Shown: piece by piece, positions 54,051 to 64,000 of the stretch | How the letters are laid out: each line of letters opens with the position of its first letter | Numbering within the stretch: position 1 is the first letter of the stretch | Source: Octopus vulgaris | Lineage: Eukaryota | Assembly: GCA_951406725.2 (NCBI GenBank) | Contig: OX597821.1 | Location: forward strand, 74,648,001 to 74,712,000 | Direction: 5' to 3' | Length of the DNA: 64,000 bases | Notes under the pieces: model-generated | What the model saw: the letters and a program-made list of their open reading frames with translations, nothing else | Databases searched by the model: none | What the model was told of the DNA's origin: nothing | Made by a program: the position numbers and the translations under genes

Positions 54051-54086
54051 CTTTTACCTTTCGAGCCTACGCTCTTCGACAGAAAG
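54051..54086 (-). ncRNA. Variant minimal hammerhead motif in a short PLE-like element
   Basis: Minus: CTTT-CTGTCGA-A-GAGC-GTAG-GCTC-GAAA-G-GTA-AAAG; A6 replaced by U. Confidence 0.5.
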
Positions 54087-54495
54087 AAACACAGAAATAT
54101 ATATATACACACACAAGTTGGCCTACCCGCCTAGACAGCGGGGTGGCATTACTGAAAATGTAGAAAAGTGAGAGGAAGCGCATTATGAACAGCGTTGTAT
54201 AGTCTGGTCAGTACACTGGCACCCCCTCTGTCTGTCTTTCTGACTGTCTGTCTGTCCGTCTCTCTGACACACGCACACGCACATATATAGGCATGCTGAT
54301 GCAAACAGCAAAAACAGAACTCGAAATAAGAAATATGTATGGGCATTTCGAGCATCGACTGTACGTAGCCGTTTTTTTTTTTCAGTAGCAACTTTATGAA
54401 TCATAAGCTGCCTTTCCGTGAATATACGCTATTAATACGCAGTGAATACTCTGTTTATCTTTATAGCTATGGAAGAAACACATGCAGGTATACAT

Positions 54496-54589
<94 letters not shown>

Positions 54590-54844
54590 CACCTATATAT
54601 ACATATACGTATGTATGTATAATAGAGTGAGGGAAAGAGAGAGCAGGAGAGAGAGATGTGCAGTAAGCTTAAGGTATCTCAAGAGTACGACAGGGTTTCA
54701 ATCCACCAAGGTCGTTTGAAGTCCTTCTACGGACGGCCAGATATGTTATAAACCGTTGCACTTCCTCCATTCATCGCTTCTTTAACATACTGTGTACTGT
54801 GTGAAAAAGAACATCGCATATGTCTTTTATATATATATATATAT

Positions 54845-54921
<77 letters not shown>

Positions 54922-55964
54922 AAGATAGAGAGAGCGAGAACGATAGGTGGGGAGAACGTGTTAGATGTACAGAAGAATTCTCAGTTGCATGTCATATACA
55001 TATAATGATTATCATTTGTTTTCCTTTTTCTTCTTTTTTTTTTAGTCAGCTATTAATATTTAAGTATAATTCAGGGCTCCGAACACTATGAATGAGATCT
55101 CTTCATACTTCTGTTTAGTCTGTGAACTGTGAGTGTTTCTGTGTGTGCGCGCTGACTGGATAACTATAACAAAGTAGCGGCTATTGTAAGACGAAATTAA
55201 GGTATAAATAAACCCTTAATGAAAAGGCACGCAGCTTTGAGGTCGGCCATGTTAGCTGAACGGATTGTTGGCTATTGTTCATGTTATACCTCCCTTGAAG
55301 CTGTAGAATGAAGAATAAAAATGAGAATAATGACTTTAAAAGTCGATTTCACACAGAACGTCAAAGGAAAATCGCAGCCATTAAAAGCACTTTGATCTGT
55401 AGCAAACTATGCCAAGTGACCTATGATCTCCCTCTTATCCATACCAAATGACCTTTGCACTTGGTGTTATTAAGAGAAATGCTAGATCCAGCACAACACA
55501 CAGATCTCCGTTTATACAGCAACTGTATTTGGTGTAACAATGAAAGACACTGAAGGTAGCCGTGTGACTTTAAAGAAAGCCTTGCCTGAAGTAGACGGTA
55601 GCCTGGCCAGTCAGCGACCAGCGAAGGAAATCTCTACAGCTAAGTCGTCCAAAAGACTACGCGTTCAGTGAATTGAAGTCTTGCTCTAAATACATAGCAG
55701 CCATAATACTATTGACAGGAGATACTAACACACGGTTTAAAGCTCTCTCTCCTCTGTATTTATGTATGGACACCCACAAACATACACACATATACGTGTA
55801 TATACAGACAAGAACACATACACACGCGAGTCTGTGTGTACGTGTGTGTGTGCATGTGCCTGTATGGCTATATGTGTCTATTCGATTCTCTTCTGTCTTA
55901 GATGTTTTTCTAATTAACCCCTTTTCTAAACGTGCATGTGTGCCTATATACACATACATACGTA

Positions 55965-56012
<48 letters not shown>

Positions 56013-56114
56013 TTTTCTAATTAACCTCCTTCCCTTTATTTGCGTGCATGCGTATTTGTGTGTGTATATATATATACATACATACATACATACATACATA
56101 CATACATACATACA

Positions 56115-56146
<32 letters not shown>

Positions 56147-56308
56147 CATACATAATATATATATATATATATATATATTATGTATGTATGTATAAAGTCG
56201 TTCTTTATGTTACTTATCCTGTTTCCATTTGTTTCTCTCGCTGTTTGCGTATTGAACTCATTTGTTTTGGTTTTCCATGTTGTTTACTGTTGTTGACGTC
56301 CTGTAACC

Positions 56309-56341
<33 letters not shown>

Positions 56342-56355
56342 TGTATGTATGTATG

Positions 56356-56905
56356 TCAGGTCACTTTCGAGTGCTACTGGTAACATGTAACCCAGTACAA
56401 CTTGTTGCATGGTCGGGTCGTCGGCGACTAAACCGGCAACCCCACCAAGCTTGCTTGGTGAGGAGGGTGTTTATTGGACACCCTGCAGGATGAAAAACAA
56501 AACCCGTCAAAGGGCGGAGGAACTCTTCAGAGTCAACGGCCATCCAATAAATGTCTTAAGGATGTATCATGCGCGGGGACATAGAAATAATCGGACTGAA
56601 TACCCGATCGCGTGGTTAAACCATTGGGAGTGAAGGACTCCTAGCATTTGTTAGGGCATCCTTCTATGAGAAGATAACTCAGGTAACTGGGATAACTCCG
56701 ACATAAAACCTGCGGCTCAGTGGTTACCGATGATGTTGACTTGTTCTTCTTTTCGGATTATGACTGCTGTTGCTTAGTGAGTGGGATTGACTCAGTGCAC
56801 AGCCTTTCCTCACTTTAAAAAAAATTTTTCTTGCACAGGCATTGCACGATAACAACATTGATTAAGCTTCGTGCAATGGCCATATATGATAACGAGGGGG
56901 CAGTC
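56356..56905 (+). mobile_element. Non-autonomous RTE-like element, inverted relative to 50363-51029
   Basis: High identity to the 50.4-51.0 kb copy; starts right after (TATG)n. Confidence 0.7.
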
Positions 56906-56971
56906 ACCATGTATGGATGTATATATATATATATATATTTGTACATAATAACACATCTGTTTGTTTTGTTA

Positions 56972-57196
56972 AGGTTGTTTGCCAACATAACATGGCAGTC
57001 CTAGATTAGGACTAATGTTACTGTAGTTTAGCCCCAGGAGACATCGTCTTCATCTGGCTATATGACACGATTTGTGTCCTTACATTTTCGAACAAGACCG
57101 TGTCGTATAGCCAGCTGGAGACAATGTCTGCTGGGGCTAAATTACAGCCACATTCAACCTAAACCAGGACTGCCATGTTATGTTGGCAAACAATCT
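56972..57196. mobile_element. Palindromic MITE, PIF/Harbinger (Tourist)-like
   Basis: About 100 bp TIRs AGGTTGTTTGCCAACATAACATGGCAGTCCT.. / ..AGGACTGCCATGTTATGTTGGCAAACAATCT; TTA TSD at 56969-56971 and 57197-57199. Confidence 0.88.
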
Positions 57197-57460
57197 TTAC
57201 TACAAAGTATTGTTGCTGAATATCTCTCGTTGTAATATTTTAAAATATTTTCTAATATATATACAGAGAGAGAGAGAGAGAGAGGGGGGGAGAGGGAGAG
57301 AGAGCGTATGCTTCAATGTCCTGTTAGTGGGATTATGTGTGTGTGCATATCTGCATATATGTACGTACGTACGTACGTACGTATGTATGTATGCACAGAC
57401 ATGCGTATGCACGCGCCAGCGCGTGTATGCATGTGTGTTTGGGTGCATCAATGGTCAAGA

Positions 57461-57745
57461 CTATCCAAATTCAATTTTTAAAAAGAAATATTGCTTCAAT
57501 TCCAATTTCGCCAGAAACCTTTCCCAATGCTGTCGCCATAACCCTTCCATTGCTTTTTCCATTGCTTTTTGTTTCCTAAAACGTTTTTCCAAAATAGGGG
57601 GCAGTTCTTGTAGTAAATTGTCTTCGATTTCTCCTGACATCTGAATTCGGTAACATTTTTGCTTGAATTTCAATTTCATGAACACGAGGATCAGGATATG
57701 ATAGGAAGCGAATGAAAGTCGTCTTGCCTTGTCAAAATGCCAGGT
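57461..57745 (-). mobile_element. Mariner transposase C-terminal relic
   Basis: HFDKAR..YPD..FMKLKFKQKCYRIQMSGEIEDNLLQELPPILEKRFRK..WRQHWERFLA..QYF resembles HDNA..YSPDL..FPKLK..LKG.RF..EI....W..RWE.C....YF. Confidence 0.55.
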
Positions 57746-58631
57746 ATCAAGGTATTAAGGCGTGATGCGAGTTCAAAGGAGGATGTAATCTGGGTTTGTT
57801 TATCAATGTTTTGGCCTCTTTCCTATTGCTTCTCTGAAATGCTTCAGGATATGTAATTCGAGTTCTTAAATTAATCAGGTGACATCCATGGAAGAAACTT
57901 ACGATGAACGAAGCCTCTTCATCAGAGAAAGCACAATTAAGTACCCCAAATATATCTAAAATAGAAATTCTCCAGCCCATATATACTCATAAACACTTTG
58001 TCACTTGGAAGTGTGCGTGCGTGTTTGTGACAAGAAATTAACTAAATATGATTTCACCATTGAGCAATACCTTGTCTTATTCTTTGTTCTTATGCAAAGG
58101 AATTCTACAACCCTCAACCAACTTCCAGGAATAACCTTCCGTTTCATGCTGTCCCACTGAGTTATTTATTATTTGGCCTTGATGGATTAGTTGCTGGCTT
58201 CGGTATTTAGAGGCTATTCCTGTATTTTTAGATAGACATTTTGTTTTTAACATGTCTTACATGTAACACCGACGTGGTAAATTATACGAGATATGCCTTG
58301 TTTCGGACCAACCTCCATGAAATCCCCGATCCTTTGATGATAACGATATATATATATATATATATATATACAAATAGAGAGTGAGACGGAGTGAGACGGA
58401 AGAAAGAAAATAGATGTAAGATATGTATAGTTATTGAATTCGTAAATCCGCTTTATAGGCATAATGTTATATATGTGTAATATTCCAGTATCCTTTGAGT
58501 AAAATCCAAAAGTCCAACAGAGTTTAATATGAGTCCATCCAGATGTAGAGTTTATAAGCAATGTAAGATTCTATTAAAGTTGGTCATTCCCAGTAGGGAA
58601 TTGATATAGAGTGTAGCAGATTCAAGGTTTG

Positions 58632-58716
<85 letters not shown>

Positions 58717-58717
58717 A

Positions 58718-59160
58718 TATATGGGTACAGGACGTCACCAACAGTAAGCAACATGAAATACAAGAACAAATGTGTTAAATACACAAAACACGAGAGATAA
58801 ATATGGAAAACAGGACAAGTAACACACAGAACGACTCATCAACAGTTGTCGGCTGTCTATCTACTTATTTCAAGCATTGAAGGACAATATGACTCTTCGA
58901 CGACAGTTGCTCCCATAAATATCAAAATAAGATTTTGGATCTATGGAGGGTCAATGTTGGGAACAAAAACAGGACAGTGGAGACATACAAGGAAACCGAA
59001 TGAAAACAAACATGGAGGGTCATTAGACCAGAAAGAGGGTAAAATAGCGAACGCTGGAGAAATTTTCTTTTTGTAAAAAGAAAAGAGAGAAGAGAGAAAT
59101 AGAAGACGTCCAGTCCTTAAGATATCCTGGAGGAAAAGAAAGACGGTCAAATGAAGTCAT
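58718..59160 (-). mobile_element. Family P1 element between (TG)n and (TACA)n
   Basis: ATGGGTACAGGACGTCA terminus; collinear with 3299-3645. Confidence 0.62.
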
Positions 59161-59243
59161 GTATACATACATGCATACATACATACATACATACATACAT
59201 ACATACATACATACATACATACATACATACATACATACATACA

Positions 59244-59342
<99 letters not shown>

Positions 59343-59351
59343 TTATTTATA

Positions 59352-61770
59352 TATCCTTAAATCCTTAAAAATGTTTTAGCCCGAAGGCCGCGGCCATGCT
59401 GGGGCACCACCGCTGAATGAGCTACACTAATATGTGAATCCACCTCTGATACGTGGCACTTGATCAACAAGAGAGTTCGATGCTGTTGCCCGCATCTGCG
59501 TCTCCTGTCGTGAGGTAGGTTCATCTCGGACTCCCGACAAGAAGAGATCCAGTTTAGTTTTAAAGAAACCCACATCCACACCATGTAAGTCTCTCAGGCA
59601 TTTAGGGAGGATGTTAAAGAGCTGTGGTCCTCTGAAACCCAAGCTGTTGCAGTATCTGGACCTGTATTTTGATGGAATCTTTGGCACCATGCAGTGGCGC
59701 CCCGTTCTGCGGTTGGGGTGACTTTGAATGCCAAAGTTTGGGTCAAGACCCTCCAGGATTTTCCAGATGTATATCACCGCATATCTCTTCTGCCTCCGCT
59801 CTAGGGAGAAGAGGTTTAATACTTTCAGTCTTTCCCAGTAGCTGATATTTTGCATTGAGACAATTTTCTTTGTGTAGCTTTTCTGAATTGCTTCGAGTTC
59901 TGCTGTTAGTTTTATATTGTGTGGTGACCATAGTTGGGAGCAGTAGTCCAAGCGGCTGAGGACGAATGTTTTCCATAGGGCCATCAGTGTCTCCTTCTCT
60001 CTTGTTCTGAAAGTTCGGAGAATCCATCCAGATAGCCGTCTGCATTTTATCACCAGATTAGTAATATGCACTTGGAAAGATGTATCATTGCTCATGTCAA
60101 TGCCCAGGTCACGCACTGATTTTGACTCAGGGATTGCAATTCTTCCTGGGCCAGTGTATCCAGTCTGCACGTCGTTTGTCGTTTACCTTTGTGTGCCGGT
60201 AGCGCAGGGCCTGGAACTTACCTGCATTAAACTGCATGTTGTTGTCCTCAGCCCACCTGTATATTGTGTCCAACTCCTGTTGCACATGCGCAATATTTTC
60301 AGGGTTTTGTATTGCGTGGGAGACTTTTGTGTCATCTGTATAGCTAGCAAGGGTGGCCATCGTAACAACTGAAGGCATGTCTTAAAGGGCCACTATGAAC
60401 AGCAGTGGCCCCAAGACAGTGCCCTGTGGGACACCGCTTGTTATTTGTGTTTCCTTGGAGGTGGCTCCATTGCTCACAACTGCCTGTCTTCTGTCTTTTA
60501 GGAAGTTGTGCAGCCACTCTCCAAGTTTTCCGCCTATGCCGAGACAACGCAGTTTGTGACAGATCATACCATGGTCGACTTTATCAAAGGCTTTTGCAAA
60601 GTCGAGATATATTACATCCACATTTGAGCCATTTAGTAGCTGTTTCAACACCCAGTCATAGTGTTGCAGGAGCTGTGTTAGGCAGCTTCTACCTGGTCGA
60701 AATCCATGCTGGGTGTCAGACAGCAAGTCATTTTCTTCAAGGAACATGATTAGTTTCTTACGGACTATTCGTTCCATGACTTTGCTGATGTGTGAGGTCA
60801 GAGAGATAGGCCTATAATGTTTAGCATCTGCTCTGCTACCTCTCTTATGGATAGGGCATATTACCCCCTCTTTCAATTTGACTGGGTGCTTACCACTTGC
60901 AAGAAAGCTCTGAAAAAGAATCTGTAGCGGTTTTGCAAGGGCTCTTTTGCACGATGTGAGAAGGATCGCTGGGAATCCATCAGATCCAGCAGCTGAGTTT
61001 GTGTCAATCTCATCTATAGCTAGTGTGATATCATCATCTTCGATGTTGATGTACTCAATTTTTGCCTCTTTGGCCGCAGGTAAAGTGGCAAAGAATTCTT
61101 CTGGGTTGTTTACTTGCCTGTGTCCTAGAGGTGTAGTGAACACACTTTGGAATTGTTCGTTCAGTATTTCACTTATCCTCGTGGGATTTCCTGTGAGAGA
61201 GCCATCTTTTTGGAAGAGAGGTCCTATTCTCTGGTGCACTGTGGCTGTCTCTTTGGCAAACTTAAAGAAAGCTTTAGGGTTTGATTTTATATTTTCTATT
61301 GCCTAAGCTTCTTCTTTATTTGCTCTCTCCTTTTCATGGGACTGATGCAGACTTTTCTCAATTTCTATTAGCATTCTCTCGAGCCGAGACTTCTCACCAC
61401 TTTTGGTGTGCTTGCTCGGGTGGTTCGCAATCCTTGTCCGTCGTCTCATAAGAATCTTCCTTTTTCTAGGGATCCTGTTTTTGTTTTTGTGTGTGCTGGC
61501 CCTGCACACTGGGACATATTTGTCACATATGGCTTGTATTATGGACATGAAGTGTTTGTGTTTCATGTTAATGTCCGGTGTGGAGATACATTTAGGCCAA
61601 TCCTGTTTGAGGATCTCTTTCTCGATCAACTTCCAGTTTGCTTTATGAAAGTTTAAGTTGGAGAGATGGTGAATGCTTCGTATAGGCTGTGTGCCTACGG
61701 GGGCTTTTGGTCCATACACGGACAGCTCTATTATGTTGTGATCCGAGATCATTGTCGGCATCACTTTAAC
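59352..61770 (-). mobile_element. 5'-truncated CR1-group LINE: ORF2 pseudogene (end of APE endonuclease + RT)
   Basis: ISDHNII (APE end), YRPISLTS, QHGFRPGRSC, YLDFAKAFDKVDH, SGVPQGTVLGPLLF, SYTDDTK; stops at 61303 and 60382; frameshift from a 7 bp duplication (60171-60184); 3' (TTTAAGGA)2; (TA)n on both sides. Confidence 0.95.
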
Positions 61771-61773
61771 ATA

Positions 61774-61855
<82 letters not shown>

Positions 61856-61857
<2 letters not shown>

Positions 61858-62210
61858 ATTAGGGGATGGTAGCATCCAAAGAAATTCTGGTTAAATACCT
61901 AGTATTTGGGGGAATGATATTCCCTTAAAACAATAGGGATACATAAATCATATAATTTATATACATTTAAAAGAAGAAAAGAAAACAAAAAGAAATGGTG
62001 ATAAGGACGTTAATGATTGTGCATTATTAATAAATTGGTCATTCTCGCTTCTTACAGCTGTTTCAATTCATACTCAATAATTTATTTACAAATGTGTACA
62101 TTAAAGTTACATTTATGTGACATGAGTATAATTTCATCAGAGAATAAAGATGTACCTTGGGATGCTGTATGTGGGCCTATCAATTCATTTCAGAGTCTGC
62201 TGAAATATAT
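61856..62210 (-). mobile_element. Penelope-like non-autonomous/pLTR fragment between (TA)n tracts
   Basis: Contains an intact hammerhead; TA-repeat flanks. Confidence 0.6.
62049..62144 (-). ncRNA. Type I hammerhead ribozyme, intact core, Penelope-type palindromic stem III
   Basis: Minus: TTCT-CTGATGA-AATTATACTCA..TGAGTATGAATT-GAAA-CAGCT-GTA-AGAA; stem I TTCT/AGAA; predicted cleavage after GUA (62053/62052). Confidence 0.8.
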
Positions 62211-62393
62211 ATATATATGAATACATATGCAAATCTACACGCATTTCACACCACACACGCGTACATCACGTGAAAAAATGTATTGAGTAGCAAATGGAAG
62301 CATCAATTTCGTACAATTAAACTCTTTGACGTGTATTGAGTCCTTTATCTCGTGTTTGCGTATCCGAAATACACACATGCAAACATACGCACA

Positions 62394-62437
<44 letters not shown>

Positions 62438-62565
62438 CGAACACACATGTATCCATCCTCTCACACACACACACATGCACGCACACATTTATGTAATATA
62501 TATATATATATACACGATACCTGTATATATATATGCATTTATGTGTATATATATATATATGTATA

Positions 62566-62619
<54 letters not shown>

Positions 62620-63534
62620 TATATATATTTATGTATACATGTATTGATTAATTCTAGTAGATACCTCAATGTACTTCTCTGTATTTATCTGTCTATTCTA
62701 CACATCAATACATAATAACCGTTTATAAACAATCTTTATTATTTATTTTGATTTTCTTTTATTTTCGATATTTTCATTTTGTTTTGTTTTCACAACCCAT
62801 CACGTAGAGTCGAATGTTTTGTTTTTTTTGTTTTATTTTCTCTGGAAGTTTTCAGCAAAATACCATTGATTAGTTTTTTTTTTTTTTTTTTTTTTTTCTT
62901 TTTCAAGAAATGAAAGAATGCGGAGGAATATGTGCTAACAATCTATAGATCACATTCTGCAAGAGAAAGAACGGCAAAATAAATGTAAATTTTCAAAATC
63001 TATTTCCAGAATTGGCAATCTGTATAACTTAAGACTGGTATTTCTAAACTACAGTGTTCAGCTTTAAACAAGCGTTTCGTTCGATCTGCTTATTCATAAA
63101 AAAACAAACAAACAAAATATATATAGTAATAATAAAATATGTAAATAAATAATAAGAGACATGTTTTATTTAGAAAAAACACAGTTGTTTTCCCTAATGC
63201 CATAAATATACATAATTATTTCTGATCAGGCATCTGATACTACATGAGTTACAATTGGACTTTTCAATACCTTGCAAATTTTTGGATATGTTGCAAACTG
63301 GAAACACTTGCTGGAATATCTGCTGACAAGGCTAAAATCGGCATCCTGTCACTCCAGCGTAATTTGCTTTGGCATGGCGTCGATAAACTACTATTTTGAG
63401 AAATCGTGCGATTTAACGTTGAAAACAACTACTATCAACAAATTGGTTCAACCATAATATTCTATTTTGTATATGTATATATGTATATATGTATATATGT
63501 ATATATATATATATCTTTATACATATATATATAA

Positions 63535-63596
<62 letters not shown>

Positions 63597-64000
63597 TTAC
63601 AGACAGAATCATATATGCATATATGAATGCAAGCATGTGTACATGTTTGTTTGTGTGTGAGATGCCATGAACGCATATATATTTACAGAAATCAATCCAT
63701 ATAGTTTAGTTCATTGACAGATTTCAAAAGATACGCACGCACACATAGATACACACACACGCACACAAACGAGCGCGCGCGCTTATATAAGAGAAATAAG
63801 GATAACCACAGTTTAACATTACAGTTCTTATGCGCGATTCACTATTATACTTGCTTGGAGCTCAACAATAGGTGTTCCGAATGCATTTCGAGGCTCAACC
63901 AGAACCTAATGCATTAAATTACAGATATACAGTTATATCTAAAGGTGGATAGACGGAGACGAGTTTTGGAATTATTTTGGGTGGCATATGGCATAGTGGT

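Noticed and set aside
55540-55671. 43 aa small ORF MKDTEGSRVTLKKALPE..
   Set aside because: No homology recognised, no exon context

Overview
AT-rich eukaryotic DNA dense in microsatellites and transposon relics. It is most likely octopus or another coleoid cephalopod (inferred from SINE styles and TA/TAA/TACA tracts) and reads as intronic or intergenic. I found no intact host gene; nearly all ORF-track entries are translated microsatellites. Recognisable content: (1) at least five tRNA-headed SINE types, many with clean 12-18 bp TSDs; (2) a 2.4 kb 5'-truncated CR1-group LINE plus a second 3' fragment; (3) relics of R4/Dong-type RLE, RTE, Penelope-like (RT and GIY-YIG) and mariner elements; (4) two MITEs; (5) two ~1 kb tandem duplications with patchwork junctions; (6) a decayed inverted pair of protein-coding repeats. 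The most interesting signal is a set of Penelope-type minimal hammerhead ribozyme motifs. One has a fully intact core (62049-62144, minus strand), and one family fuses a Pol III tRNA head to a hammerhead, a candidate Penelope-mobilised SINE. All calls were made by eye, without database searches.
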